A stretch of DNA of 64,000 nucleotides from positions 72,726,001 to 72,790,000 of the forward strand of contig OX597816.1 in NCBI GenBank assembly GCA_951406725.2, written 5' to 3'. Below, piece after piece: positions 42,549 through 57,963 of this stretch (within the stretch, counting starts at the first letter, position 1; each line of letters starts with the position of its first letter). The DNA is from Octopus vulgaris. Its lineage: Eukaryota. The translations under genes were made by a program, and so were the position numbers. The notes below the pieces were generated by a model. It saw only the letters and a program-made list of their open reading frames with translations, made no database searches and was not told the origin of the DNA.

Positions 42549-43520
42549 ATTAATCCGATTGTAAATCAAAAGCGGATTTTTTTTTAAAAAAAGAAAATTC
42601 GAAACGGTCAGTGACTAGGTTCAAACCTGCACAACCATCTTGTCAACCGTTTTTCAAGAAAATTCGAATAAGTTATTCAGTCTGCCCAATGAGGAATAAA
42701 TCATAAATTTTGTTGTTGTTCATAATTCAATAATTACATATTTTTCTCAACATTAAGTAATTCCATGATCCTTTTTCTTCGACCTAATCTGGATAAAATA
42801 TATGATGAATGGAAACAATTTAGTTTAATTTGTTTGAAATTAATTTCATGTAGCTAGAATGTTCTAATTTTAAACAAAAAATTGCTTTGTGAAATATCTA
42901 CGATTTGTTGATGTGGTATCGGAAAAAAAAAAAAGAAAAAAGAAAAACCATCTGGGTGAGAATCTTCTGAATAGTGATTCCATAATTTTTGCCTGGGGTT
43001 TTATAAAAAAAAAAAAAACAGCGCATAGAACAATGGAACGAATGAATTAGTAAGCATTTGAGTGAGAAGACATCGGTCAGTGATAAGAATGAAAATCTGT
43101 TTCACAATATATGAACTTCCAGAATATGCCTGAGGGAATGATCGAGAAGAGATACAGAAGAGAAAAGAAATGACGAAATAAAAAAAAGGAAGAAAAAACC
43201 CAGAAAGATACTCTATTCCTCCGTCTAAACAATAACAAAGGCTGACAGATGAAGACTGTTAGAAATTATACATACATACATGCATACATACATATATACA
43301 TGCATACGTATCTATGTGTCTGTGTGAGGTATGTGTGTCTGTGTGTGTACGCAGAGAGAAAGACAACGAAGAAATAATACATATTTTGCATTAACGAGAA
43401 GTCCAGTGACAGTTGGATGTTTCTAGAGATAACTAAACGATAGCATGTATAACAAAACTAGAACAAAAAACGCACCGGTTAAATACGCTCGTCCTTTCTA
43501 GACCTATATGACCTCGTAGC

Positions 43521-43754
43521 AAGGCGGCGAGCTGGCAGAAACGTTAGAACGCCGGGCGAAAGGCGTAGCCGTATTTCGTCTGCCGTTACGTTCTGAGTTC
43601 AAATTCCACCGAGGTCAACTTTGCCTTTCATCCTTCCGGGGTCGATTAAATAAAGTACTAGTTTCGCACTGGGGTCGATGTAATCGACTTAATCCCTTTG
43701 TCTGTCCTTGTTTGTCCCCTCTATGTTTAGCCCTTTGCGGACAATAAAGAAATA
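43521..43754 (+). mobile_element. SINE family A monomer with 16-bp TSD
   Basis: TATATGACCTCGTAGC at 43505-43520 and 43755-43770. Confidence 0.95.
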
Positions 43755-44560
43755 TATATGACCTCGTAGCTAGCTCCAGTATATTTATTTATTTGTTTGT
43801 TTGTTTGTTTATTTGTTTGTTTGTTTATTGTAGCATTATATTTGTTGGGTATGACACAAATCTCTTTCTTGATAGGATGCCAGTGTCTCTCATGCAGGTT
43901 TTCTCTTTCAACTGACGGCGTGAAACTCATCTTTACAAACAAACGATTAAATCATACGTGATGCTGCTGTTTTGCTTGGAAAGGTGAGCTGCTGCTCTTA
44001 ACTAGCGAAACATATTTATTGCTAAATAAACTGGAACATTTATCAGGCGAAGTAGTAGAATCATTAGCACGTTGGGCAAAAGGGCTTAGCTGTATTTCTT
44101 CCGGCTCTTTATGTTCTGAATTCAAATCCCGCTATGATCAATTTTTCCTTTCATCCCTTCGGGGTCGATAAATTATAGTACCAGCCATGCCTTGGGGTTG
44201 ATGCAATCGACATGTCCCCTCTCCTCAAAAATTACTGTTCTTAAACTCTGTATCGGAGGCATCCCGTTCAGGAGGTAATGATATAATTTCAAGTCATATG
44301 CCATGCAAACTAGGGAATCGGCCTGATGTGTTCTATACTGGGAGTAAGGAGCCGAAACACTTATAGTAAAACAGGAAAAAGAAATATTGGAACACTTATG
44401 GCATAAGAATCATGGCTACAGTTTCACAGAACTAGAGATAAATCGCAGTAGCGAGGACAGGATACGATCCTCTATGGGTTAAATGGTAAAACAATAAAAT
44501 AAAATTACGTTTAATACATAGAAGTTCTATAGAAATTTCAATAATATTTGCTTGGTAGCG

Positions 44561-45285
44561 GTATTTTGGCTGCCTTTACGTTCTGAATTCAGATTCCGCC
44601 GAGGTCGACTTTGCCTTTCATCCTTTCGGGGTCGATAAATAAAGTACCAGTTGTGCACTGGGGTCGATATAATCGACTTAATCCGTTTGTCTCTCCTTGT
44701 TTGTTCCCTCTGTGTTTATCACATTGTGGGTATTAAAGAAATAGGTATTTCGTCAGCCGTTACGTTCTGAGTTCAAATTCCGCCGAGGTCAACTTTGCCT
44801 TTCATCCTTTCGGGGTCGATAAATTAAGTACCAGTTATGCACTGGGGTCGATATAATCGACTTAATCCGTTTGTCTGTCCTTGTTTGTCCCCTCTGTGTT
44901 TATCACATTGTGGGTAGTAAAGAAATAGGTATTTCGTCAGCCGTTACGTTCTGAGTTCAAATTCCGCCGAGGTTGACTTTGCCTTTCATCCTTTAAGGGT
45001 CGATAAATTAAGTACCAGTTACGCACTGGGATCGATGTAATCGACTTAATCCGTTTGTCTGTCCATGTTTGTCCCCTCTATGTTTATCACCTTCTGGGTA
45101 GTAAAGAAATAGGTATTTCGTCTATGTTTACGTTCTGAGTTCAAATTCCGCCGAGGTTGACTTTACCTTTCATCCTTTCGGGGTCGATAAATTAACTACC
45201 AATTGCGTACTGGTGTTGATCTAATCGACTGGCACCCCACCTCCTACAAAATTTCGGGCCTTGTGCCTGGAGTAGAAAAGATTAT
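44561..45285 (+). repeat. Tandem array of SINE A internal units, 184-bp period
   Basis: Units start at 44561, 44745, 44929 and 45113; the last unit has the alternative TTGTGCCT.GAGTAGAAAAGA tail. Confidence 0.95.
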
Positions 45286-45389
45286 TAGACTTATACCTAT
45301 TTATGTACGAATCTAATGATGAAGGTTGGAATACTCGACATGTCTCGTCTCATACATTTATTATTTCATGCCAATCGTTATCTTTTATT

Positions 45390-45777
45390 TGCCTCAGTCA
45401 TTAGACTGCGGCCATGCTGGAGCACCACATTGAAAAACTTTTTGTTTTTTTAAAGTCTAGTACTTATTCCATCAGTTTTATTCGTCGAACCGCTAAGTTA
45501 CAGGCACGTGAATAAAACCGATACCGGGTGTCAAGCGCTGGAGGGGGACAAACACATACACAATCACACACACACACACACAAACAAACACACACGTACA
45601 TAAACACACACACACACACATCTCCGAGGGGCGTCTTTTAGTTTCCGACACACAAATTCACTCACAATGCTTTGATCGGATCGAGGATATAATAGAAGAC
45701 AATTGCTCAATTTGCCACGCAGTAGTTTCGAAACCAGAACCATGTGGTTCAGAAACAAACTTCTAACCACACAGCCA
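45390..45777 (-). mobile_element. SINE family B, diverged copy
   Basis: Reverse complement of head and tail motifs. Confidence 0.8.
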
Positions 45778-45944
45778 AATGTTAGAAATCTTTAAGTTGG
45801 GGCACAGATGAGCTGACAAGATTGAACACTGGACAAAATGAAAATCAAATAATTAATTAAGAAAATTTCTGGTTTCAGTTCAAATCAAGCCGTGATCGAT
45901 TTGGCTTTTCAGAGATTGATAAAATAAATATTAATTTCAAACTT

Positions 45945-46350
45945 TGACGCCAGCAATTTCGAGGAGGGGTACGTGGATTACATCGAACACTCTCCACCTC
46001 CCGTGCTTAACTGATATTTGTTTTATCGACTCTGAAAGGATGAAATGCAAAGTGGACCTCGGCAACGCAACCAGAACTCAGAGCGCAAACACGAACGAAA
46101 TGCAGGGAAGCATTTAGCTCGGCGTGATAACGACTCTTTTCTACTCTAGGCACAAAGCTCGAAATTTTGTGGGAGGGAACCAGTCGATTTGATCGACCCC
46201 ATTACGCCACTAGTACTTAATTTATCGACTCCGAAAGGATGAAAAGCAAAGCTGACTTCGACGGGATTTGAATTCAGAACGTATAGAGCTGGAAGAGATT
46301 CTGCAAAGCATTTTGTCCGACGCGCTAACGATGCTGTCAGCTCACTGCCT
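45945..46350 (-). mobile_element. Two adjacent diverged SINE A copies
   Basis: TTATCGACTC.GAAAGGATGAAA.GCAAAG occurs twice. Confidence 0.8.
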
Positions 46351-47379
46351 GCTTTAATCAAGGTCGATAAATAAAGTATCAGCCCATGACAATGGAGTGT
46401 CAGCTGCGATGATTTTCAGTATTTCAGTATTTTTACGTTATGAAGGAAAATTCTCCACTTCACTGGAATCCCGTTAATAGCAAGGTTTATTCCAAAGAGC
46501 ATAGAGTCTAATGCAAAAAAAAAAAATACAAAAAAAAACAAAGAGAGAAAAAAACTACTATCTCTAAATTTCCAGTGAACTGCCAGAGCTAATGTGGTGT
46601 AAGTTTAAAAGAATTCTATGTATCTCAGAGGAAATGGTAAAATTTTCCTACAATTTTTGGCCCCGAACCAATGTAGGAAATGAAGATTTTGATTAATAGA
46701 GCACGGAACTGAAATAGGATTGGTGCTTAGAAATTAAATCAGATAATAAGCAGCTGCATTTAGAATTTATCCGTGCTTAATCTGGCGAGATGGATAACAG
46801 AATCGGTGGAGCGTATGGCAGAATACCTTGTAGTACGCGTTTGCTTCTTTAACATTCTGAGTTTAAATTCCATCTATCTGTTTGCTTTCCAGTTTTTGTT
46901 AAAGGCAATGAAAGAAAAGTCTGATCTGAAATAACTGACTATGCACTCTGGATGGTTAAGCTACCCACCGATCTTACGTGATTTGTGGGCTTGTACCAAC
47001 ATCCGAGATACCTTGGATCGGGGACAACTTAACCTCATGGAGGGGTGTAATGCAAACAATTGCACAGAATGTGGCAATAGAGTGCGTAGCTAGGAGTCAT
47101 GACCAGGACGTAGTCCGGCCTCCTTAGAATGAGAGGAGTTAAATGGCTTAAACAACTGCACGAGGCAACGGGCTTCTCTGAAGACCTGCTGTTCAGCTCT
47201 CCCTAGTGTTTCCTACTTCCTAAAAGCCTTATCACAGCGAGGTTACATACAGTAAAATTACTGAAACCAGTAACGAAATAAGGGGCCCTTTGCCTAAAAA
47301 GAATATGCGAGCATCCGTCGGAGATTTGAACCTATGTACAGTCATTAAAATCGTTGACGGTGATGAATCATTACCTCTT

Positions 47380-47676
47380 CTTTTCTATTCTAGGCACAAG
47401 GCCCGATTTTTTTTTTTTTTTTTGGTGGGGGCAGTCGATTAGACGGACCTCAGTACGCAACTGGTACTTAATTTATCGACCCCGAAAAGATGAAAGGCAA
47501 AGTCGACCACGGCGGGATTTGAACTCAGACCGTAGCAGCAGACGGAATACCTATTTCTTTACTACCCACAAGGGGATAGTCGACCTCGGCGGAATTTGAA
47601 CTCAGAACGTAGCGGCAGACGAAATACGCCACGCATTTCGCCCGGCGTGCTAACGTTTCTGCCAGCTCACCGCCTT
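47380..47676 (-). mobile_element. SINE family A dimer with internal deletion
   Basis: Head at 47676, unit junction GAATACCTATTTC, alternative tail at 47380. Confidence 0.88.
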
Positions 47677-48255
47677 AATGTATTATCATAATGAGATGCA
47701 CTTTACATATTAGCGTATTTATTACTAACACGCTTCGCCTTTTTTGCGGGAACGAAATGATCCAAGCTTAGTGTCTGCTTCCCTCGCCTTTGTGTTATGA
47801 TTCCGACTCGATTGCCATGCACAAATTAGATCGCGCGACCGCTTCCTTATAATTTGAAAGCAATTAGATAGCCAGTCAGCCAGTTAGCTGACTAGCAAAC
47901 GAGAAGAACGAAAAAGGCAAGGAGAACCAACACGAGAGAGGTGAGGATGCTACCAGACGAAAGGAGGAAGGGAAGATATTTATTTATTTATTGATATTTG
48001 TTAGGTTGTTCAGTGGCGATAATCATGAATTTAGCATGTAAGTGTCGGCCATTATTAGTATGAAGTGCCTTCAGATCAACGACGTGTACCTCATGGACAC
48101 TGACATCTCAATGATCAGCTCTAGCTTGTAGGTGGCGACACCGACACCTACTAAGCTGTTCAAGCGCGGGAAAAAATAATCACCGGAGCGGTCTGGGTGT
48201 CTCTGATAACAATCACGCTGTAGAATATTCACCCATGGGAACAAACGAATATAAC

Positions 48256-48339
<84 letters not shown>

Positions 48340-48382
48340 GTCTGTCTCTCTTTCCCTCTTGACGTGTATGTATGTGTGTATG

Positions 48383-48442
<60 letters not shown>

Positions 48443-48484
48443 CGTATATGTGTGTGTATGCGTGTCTATCTGACTGATTGTTTG

Positions 48485-48625
<141 letters not shown>

Positions 48626-48676
48626 GTGTTTATCTCAGTATCTATCAACATTACTATGTCACTTTCTGTTCCTCCG

Positions 48677-48713
<37 letters not shown>

Positions 48714-48875
48714 CATGTGTATGTGACTCTTCATTTCGCTATTCTTTTCCCCTCTATTCTATTCTCTATTTGACTATCTTTCTGTCTTCCTCCCCGTCCC
48801 TCCTCTCTCTCACATTCATACACACATCCGTCGTCGTCGTCGTCGTCGCCTTTCTCTCTTCCTCTCGATATTGCT

Positions 48876-48921
<46 letters not shown>

Positions 48922-49198
48922 CTGTCTATATCTCTCCTTGCCTCCATGTCAACTCTGCCTCTTTATCTCTTTATCTCTTAAACTAACACAAAATAAACAC
49001 CACCACAAACAAACAAGCAAATGCAGAAACAAACAGGAACAAACAGGAACAAACAGGAACAAACATGAAGAAACAGAGAAATGAAAAGATTAAGAAAAAA
49101 TGCATTAAAATATGCTATTATGTGTGTGATTGTGTGTGTATACACACATGCATACACACATACTTTCATACATATATACATACATACATATAGTTATA

Positions 49199-49268
<70 letters not shown>

Positions 49269-49488
49269 TATGCATGTATGTATATATATACATATATATA
49301 TATACATATATATATGTATGTATATATATGTATATATATATATGTATGTATCTCTCTCTCTATATATATATGTATATACATGTATGTATATATATGTATA
49401 TATATATGGATGTATATTTATATGTACATATACACATGTATATATGCGTATATATATATATATTATAGGTACATTGTATGTATATATA

Positions 49489-49529
<41 letters not shown>

Positions 49530-49927
49530 CAGAGAGAGAGAGAGAGAGAGAGAGAAATGGAAAATTGCTCAGGGTGAAGTAGAAATGGCGAGCAAATCAA
49601 AAAGACATGGGGAGGAGAGGGAGCGAGAGAGGAGGAGAGAGAGAGACACAAATTAGGAAGAAAGACAGAATGAAAGGAGGAGAGAACAGGGGTGAGAAAG
49701 CAAGGGAGAAGAAGATGAGGGACTAAGTAAAAAAAAAACAAATAACAAATAGCTAAATAAATAAACAAATAAATGAATAGCATCAGAATCGAATCAAATT
49801 AGGAATTATTCTCAATTATTATCAGTGGTGACATTTTTGGTTGGACGATCCGACGGAAAAAAGGAACCGACAGACAGACGGGCTGGAAGAGAGATAGAAC
49901 AGGAGGCAGAATGAGAGAGTGAGGGAG

Positions 49928-49982
<55 letters not shown>

Positions 49983-50356
49983 AAGATAGAGAGAGAGAGA
50001 GAGAATGAGGGGCAGAGAGAAAGTAAGTCGGACTCACAGAGAGACAGATGTGAAGAGTGACAGGATGTTCGGTTTGAGACAGACTTACGGAAGAGAATCT
50101 TTAAAGCCGCTCTTGTACGAGCATGTGTTATTACTGGCGAATTAAGGAGACAATGAAGAGTGGTGGGGTGAGGAAACAACAACCACCATCTCCACAACCA
50201 CAAATCTAACAACAACAACAACAACAGCATTAAAAATAATAATAATAATAATAATGACAAAAATAACAACAGTAGTAAAACTTGTATGTTTAGCAAATAA
50301 ACCAACAATGAAGAGATGGAGAGAAAGAGAGAAAGAGACAAACAGTCAGTGAACGT

Positions 50357-50411
<55 letters not shown>

Positions 50412-50534
50412 ATGTATGTGTGTATATCTAAATGAATACAAAAGGGGATAAGAAAAAACAAGGACTGGTCATTCGGAGTTTTCTTTCTTCAGTCGAGTTC
50501 CAGATTATCCTTGCAGTTTTGGCTGGGGAGAAGA

Positions 50535-50571
<37 letters not shown>

Positions 50572-50573
50572 GG

Positions 50574-50610
<37 letters not shown>

Positions 50611-51469
50611 GGGACAGAAACAGACAAAGAGCAGGAGAGAGAGGGACATAGAGATAGTGAAGACAAGTGATTGACAGAGATGGTATATGAGAGAGACACA
50701 GAAAGATGGAAATAGAGTTATAAAGATTAATAGATTGAAGACTATATCATAGGGATATCGTTACAAAAATGAAGAAACATGAGGAGGAGGGGAGGAGAAG
50801 AAGAAGAAGAAGAAGAAGAAGAAGAAGAAGAAGAAGAAGAAGAAGAAGAAGAAGAAGAAAAAGAAGAAGAAGAAAGAAGGGAAAGAAGAAGAAGAGAAAA
50901 GAAGGGAAATAAGAAGATGATGATAATAGCTGATGTATTGAAACAGCTGTAACGATATAAGATATTACTTTCATAAATTTGACAGTTTGCATTAAAAGAA
51001 AAGAAAACACAATCTCCTATCCAAAAATAAAAGTATTTTAGAAATTCTCCCCAAAAAAGAAAGAAGAGAAAAGCTGAACTAGATTATGGATGAGAGGTAA
51101 CGGTTTACTCGAGGTATCCTCGCCCTTCCACCACGACGTCTCTGGAACCTGATATATGAGTCCCTCACTGTGTCCCTGAGAAGATCGTGGAACACCTTCT
51201 TGACCTTGGACACTAACACCGTCTTGGAGTTGCAGGCAGAGCAGTTGGTGTCTTTCCCAACCGCGCCGCATATACAATAAATCGTGGAATTACAATTGGG
51301 TAAATTTGAAAGCCAGAAATTGAGAATGATGAAGTCATAGAAAGTTTCCAACAACTACCTCTGACTGTGTCCGGAGGTATAGCAAGGAGCCGAATCCGGC
51401 TACCACGCATATGGTCCTTCAATAGCAATGGTAGCTGGTAGATTAAAGGACACTCGAACTAATGTTCAC

Positions 51470-51585
51470 TGCAGCCTTTCTTTGATCACCCATTTTCCAC
51501 CCCCTTTTCTACTGTCCCGCATACACAAAAAGCATGGACATTTGGTGTGTCCATTTTGCTGCCCCAGGAGAAAATTAACCTGCTG
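51470..51585 (-). pseudogene. DNA transposase fragment (CMC/Chapaev-like, CxxC motif)
   Basis: VNFLLGQQNGHTKCPCFLCMRDSR matches the widespread metazoan transposase motif VNFLLGQQ.GYTKYPCFLC.WDSR; the superfamily assignment is from memory. Confidence 0.65.
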
Positions 51586-52574
51586 ATGATTGTGGGGGTG
51601 GGGTAGGTATCTTAAAATCCAGACATGATGGTGGAAAATAGATTCCATTTTGGGATTCAGCAAATCGAACAAAAGCAATAGAAAGAAATCAAACCAAGTA
51701 GGAACATTCTGAAAATAAAATATCTATTGGGTTGTGTCATCGTTTTTACGTGAAGAGTGAAAGCACACAGCGTCCGTATATGTATGCATACGCGTAAGGA
51801 TAGATGTATGTGTGCATATGTTAGGGTACGGGTGTGAATAGAAAGTTTGTATGTATGTGTCTGTACATGTGGTTCCTTTACGAAGGTGACAGGGAACATA
51901 AGGTGCACATGTGCACTTGTATCGGAATAAAACCAGCAAGTTCATCAATTGGAACCATGCTATTATATCGATTCCATCAGCGACGGAAAGAAAGTAATAA
52001 ATAATATAATATAGATTGATTGAAGAAGAAGAAAAAGAAAAACAAGTACAAACATATTAATAATAAATTTTTAACAAAAGACAAAACGACAACAACAAAC
52101 TACAAAAAAAACAAAAACATCCTAAAACAATAAAATGGCCGGATAACATTTTACAGAATGGTTGTTGCTATTTTCTTAAGAATTGTCTTTTGTCCATGTC
52201 TATCCTGGTAACGATGGATCAGTCCTTAAACTTACGCTTGATCGAATTAATCGAACGCGCTCGAAAAACTGATACCAGTTGTGTTCAATGGCCGTTATGG
52301 CTTAATTCACGCAATCAACACATCCACCCGACATACCTCCAACACCCATCCCCAACATGACGGAACCTATTCGCCCCCCACCTGCACATCCCACATTAAC
52401 TCCTCCCCTTCTATATAAACATACACCATATACATATATATACACACATACACACACGTACAGAGACACACGCACGTACACACACACACACACATGCAAT
52501 TACACATACATACATACATACATGCATATATACATACATACATACATACATACATACATACATACATACATACA

Positions 52575-52606
<32 letters not shown>

Positions 52607-53269
52607 AAATCTTGTCCCACCTGTGTTGTCTTATTCTGTGTGTGTATGCACACGTGTATGTTTATATGTATGTATGTATGCATGTATGTATGTATGCATG
52701 TATGTATGTATGTATGTATGTATGTATGCATGTATGTATGTGTGTAAGTAGGTAGGTATGAATGTTTGCATGTGTCTGTGTATGTGTGTGTATAAATATA
52801 TATTATTTTTTTTAACACGTTTATACTACATAGTATATATAAAGCATAAAACCCTTTTTAAGAACAAACTTTTCTGCTCTTAAAACGGATTTTATCCTTT
52901 ATATATATTGTTCAGTATTTACGTGTTGAAAAAATATAACTTTCTACTTGTTTTACAATACATTTAAATTTCTTTATTAACCATATAAGGTTGAGAAAAA
53001 GAGGGGACGATACGAGGACAGACAAAACAAACATTGGGGGTCTACAATACATTTGAACACCTAAAAAACAAACTTTTGTTTAGATATGACGTAATATATA
53101 TATATACACAGTGTACATATATATATATGTGATTGTTGCTAAATCCTCCCTTTGGGTGAAACATCGCAGCCTGCTCTTTATATATATAATAATTATTATT
53201 TGAGGGAATATTAATCCTAACTTACAGGGAAAAAATTCAATTTTGAAATACTAAATCAAATTTCACACA

Positions 53270-53346
<77 letters not shown>

Positions 53347-53563
53347 AATAAACACCTTTTATCAATTCAAAATGAACAATTAAATTACACCATCTAGAAA
53401 ATTACATATTATAGAAATATTAAAATTAAAATAACAATAAAATACCAATGACTAAGTAAATTGTATAAAAATAATAAAAACGTATATAATTGGTAGTGTG
53501 CGTGTCTGTGTGTGTATATATATTTATATATATATATGCACACATACACACAGACACGCACAC

Positions 53564-53618
<55 letters not shown>

Positions 53619-53817
53619 TACACACACACATAGATGTGCACCAAGTACAAAAGTCGTGTTCAGACCGAACCGGAGCCTTCCCTTCATGCATTGACATGAG
53701 ATGTACAAGCGTTGAGGTTCATTTGCAGATAACGAGTAACGATTTCCTTTTGAGCCCATCGATGCCTATAGACAAGCAGGACAGCGGAAGAAATATGAGC
53801 AGCAACAACCACAGCAC

Positions 53818-53870
<53 letters not shown>

Positions 53871-54631
53871 ACGCCAACGCTTACACTGGAAAAATCGAAA
53901 CCATCAAAAAAATTAAGAAAAAATAGAAATAAACAGCGCTGGCAAAGCTGTGTGGTTAAGAGGTTCTCATCAATCCCATGGTTTTGAGTTCAAGTCCACT
54001 GCGATCAATGTGTTTACGTAGAAGTTAGCATATGTGTATGTGTGTGTGTTTATGAGACTGTGTTTGAGTGTGTGTGTGTTTATGAGGCTGTGTTTGTCTT
54101 TTTTCCACAACCACCGCTTGATAACTGCTTTCGGCCTGTTTATGTCCTCCTAACATAGTTGTTCGCTAAAAGAGGAGTTTAGAATAGTTATAAGGCTTTA
54201 GGAAACAAAACTATAAGGTGGCACTGGGGGTGTGTTTTCAACTCATTCAACTAAACCCCTTAAGGAGGTGTTTTGCATGGTGGCCGTCTAATGAAAGAAA
54301 CAACAAAAATAATGAAAGATAGAGAGACAACAGCAAAGACATACATACTCATATATGGAGTAAGTGGAGCAAAAGCACACATTAAGCGAAAAGTATCACT
54401 GAAGAGGTCACAGATGTGTGACGAAAGATTTCCGGATAATACACATGAGTTAAAATAAGAATATATTTTTAAAAAATCAATTAAAATCAACCAGAAAAAT
54501 GTGAACAGCAATAAACGTGTGAAGAACAAAAATATGGTGCGTATATTTATTTGGCAAAAAAAAAAGACCGTCCCGAAATACAACAATATATATATATTTC
54601 TGTACCGTATCTTTCTACCCTTCCAGGCCCT

Positions 54632-54663
<32 letters not shown>

Positions 54664-54747
54664 TGTATGTATGTATGTATGTATGTATGTATGTATGCAT
54701 TCATGTATATACGTATGTATGTATGAATGTATGTTTATGTGTAAGTA

Positions 54748-54958
<211 letters not shown>

Positions 54959-55160
54959 ACATACACACGTATATATGTATATGTATTATATATATGCGTG
55001 TATGTGCATATGTGTGTGTGTGAGTGTGTATACATATATAGATACATACACAGACACACACACATATAACTCTCTTCAACTCAACGCGCGAAGAAAACAA
55101 TTTCCTTCAAAAGAACAATATACCAGAAAGAACACAAACACGAACACACACACACACACG

Positions 55161-55234
<74 letters not shown>

Positions 55235-55768
55235 GTCCCAACGCCAGAATGACTTCTTAACGACCGAAGCAACAATAAGATTCAGCAGGAAATACGCAAC
55301 GAGTTACAATCTATTAGAATAAAGAGGTGAAAGGTAGAAAAGGTAGAAAAAAAGGAGTCTCTTCAAAGAGAATGGGTAGAAGGGGGTGGGGTGGGGGTCA
55401 TGAAGTAAACGTCTTAGAAATAGACGAGTGATCCTTATATAATGCTAGTGTTGTTGTTGTTGTTGTTGTTGGTGATGGTGGTGGTGGTGGTAATGACGTT
55501 GATTTTGTAGGTGAAATTTGTTTTGTAAGTTGTTTTCAATGGATCTCCGTCACGTAACCGCTTCGACATCAGCTTAACAAGATTCGACCTATCGATCTGT
55601 TTATTTATTTGCCTCCCTCCCTCCCTCCCTCCCTCTCTCTCTCTCTCTTTCTCCTCTCTCTCTCTCTCTCTTTCTCCATCTCTCTCTCTCTCTTTCTCCC
55701 TCTCTCTCTCTTTCTCCTTCTCTCTCTTTCTCCCTCTCCCTCTCTTTCTCTCCTCTCTCTCTTTCTCC

Positions 55769-55800
<32 letters not shown>

Positions 55801-55980
55801 CTCACACACACTCTCTCCCTCTTTCCCCTCTCTCTCTATCTGTCTATCTATCTATCTTTATCTCACACACTCTCTGCCTCTCTCCCTTCCTCTCTCTCTT
55901 TCTTTCTCAAACATTTTTATAAGTTTAGTTTGAATCTCTCTTTCTCCAACTCTCTATTTCTATAATCTCTCTCGCTCATG

Positions 55981-56028
<48 letters not shown>

Positions 56029-56160
56029 TGTCTGTGTGTACGTATATATATTTATTTATATGTATGTTTGTATGTATATATATATATATATATATATACA
56101 TGTGTATATACGTATATATATAGTTATGCATGCACACACATACTATATATATATATGCAT

Positions 56161-56191
<31 letters not shown>

Positions 56192-56703
56192 CACACACAC
56201 AGACGTGTGCATGTTTGTGTGTGTGGGGGTGCGTATGCATAAATTGCTACTCGAATTTCTTGGCTTCACTTCTTTATCACCAGTTACGTGATTTAGTGGA
56301 ACAGTGATATTTTAATGGTAGCTCACTCACATTTAGCTCTGTATAATATTTATCTCACACGTATGTTGCGTTAGAACACAGAATACTACGTTTTTTATCA
56401 TGAGAAAAATGCTCACACGACGTGTTTATATTGTTGGTGGGCGAAAACCACTTGCTACGGCCGTCGGACCAGATCACTTCATTTCGGCCTTCTGTAGCCT
56501 TGTGAAAAATACACGTCCACGGTTAGGTATGGCAGTTGATTCTCCCATCAGCACCAAAATATAATACTTATCTTCCATTTAAAGTGGGTGTTGAGTTACA
56601 ACATAAATGCTTTGCTGCGGACATCTTTAATTGACCAGGCCGTGATAGGTCAAAAGGGTCCATAGATTTTTTTAGCAGTTCTCATTATCTAGAAGTTCCG
56701 GCG

Positions 56704-56866
56704 GAGATTGAGGCGGAGGAAAGAAAATAGATGCAAGATATGTATGGGTATTGAAGTTGTAAATCCATTTTTTAGGCATAATGGTATATATGCAATATTC
56801 CAATATCCCATGAGTAAAGTCCCAAAGTCCAACAGAGTTTAAAATGAGTCTTTTCAAATATAGAGT

Positions 56867-56919
<53 letters not shown>

Positions 56920-56925
56920 CATACA

Positions 56926-56956
<31 letters not shown>

Positions 56957-57099
56957 GTGTCGACAAACGAAAGAAAGGCACTCAACACATTTAATAAACA
57001 TTTGACTTTCTTCATATACCATTATGCCTAAAAAATGGATTTACAACTTCAATACCCATACATATCTTGCATCTATTTTCTTTCCTCCGCCTCAATCTC
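56704..57099. repeat. Perfect 86-bp inverted repeat around a (TA)n/(TACA)n tract
   Basis: 56704-56789 is the reverse complement of 57014-57099. Confidence 0.95.
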
Positions 57100-57147
57100 T
57101 ATTTTGTATCACATCTAATCTAACTATGACTTAACTATCCTCTCGCC

Positions 57148-57199
57148 GTCTCCGATGAAGGGATATAATTAATAAATATCCTAGAAACAGCTGTAAGAC
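57148..57199 (+). ncRNA. Minimal type-I hammerhead (CCGAUGA core)
   Basis: GUCU-CCGAUGA-A-GGGAUAU(AAUUAAUAA)AUAUCCU-A-GAAA-CAGCUG-UA-AGAC; decayed mirror copy at about 57353-57401 (minus) in an inverted repeat 57146-57403. Confidence 0.78.
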
Positions 57200-57402
57200 C
57201 TTCTGTCTATAAATGCTCTAATATCTACACAGCCTTGGTTTTTTATGTTATTACGCAAAAAATTCTTATATATATATATATATGTCAAAAAAAATTTCAG
57301 AATCAGATAAAAAACCAAGGCTGTGAAGATTTTAGAACATTTATAAATAAAAGATCTTACAGCCGTTTCCAGGATATTTAATTATATCCCTTCACCGGAG
57401 AC

Positions 57403-57472
<70 letters not shown>

Positions 57473-57473
<1 letters not shown>

Positions 57474-57643
57474 GCGCAGGAGTGGGTGTGTGGTTAGTAG
57501 CTTGTTTACCAGCCACATGGTTCCGGGTTCAGTCCCACTGCGTGGCACCTTGGGCAAGTGTCTTCTACTATAGCCTCGGGCCGACCAAAGCCTTGTGAGT
57601 GGATTTAATAAACGGAAACTGAAAGAAGCCCATCGTATATATG

Positions 57644-57685
<42 letters not shown>

Positions 57686-57887
57686 AGTTTGTATGTCTGT
57701 GTTTGTCTCCCCTCATCGCTTGACAGCCGATGCTGGTGTGTTTTTGTCCCCGTCACTTAGCGGTTCGGCAAAGAGACCGATAGAATAAGTACTGGGCTTA
57801 CAGAGAATAAGTCCTGGGGTCGAGTTGCTCGATTAAAGGCGGTGCTCCAGCATGGCCGCAGTAAAATGACGGAAACAAGTAAAAGAG
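57473..57887 (+). mobile_element. SINE family B, full length
   Basis: GGCGCAGGAGTGG head, GGTTCAGTCCC B box, CORE-like CACCTTGGGCAAGTG, internal (TA)n(TG)n, 3' tail. Confidence 0.93.
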
Positions 57888-57963
57888 TGTATATATATAT
57901 ATATATGTATATGTACACAATAAAAAGAAGACAAGGACAATTCTTCAATACCCCTTTAATTAT

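Noticed and set aside
51079-51354. 91-aa complex ORF as a host gene
   Set aside because: No recognisable domain or splice support; SACNSK...VKKVFHDLLRDTV loosely resembles a decayed LINE APE endonuclease
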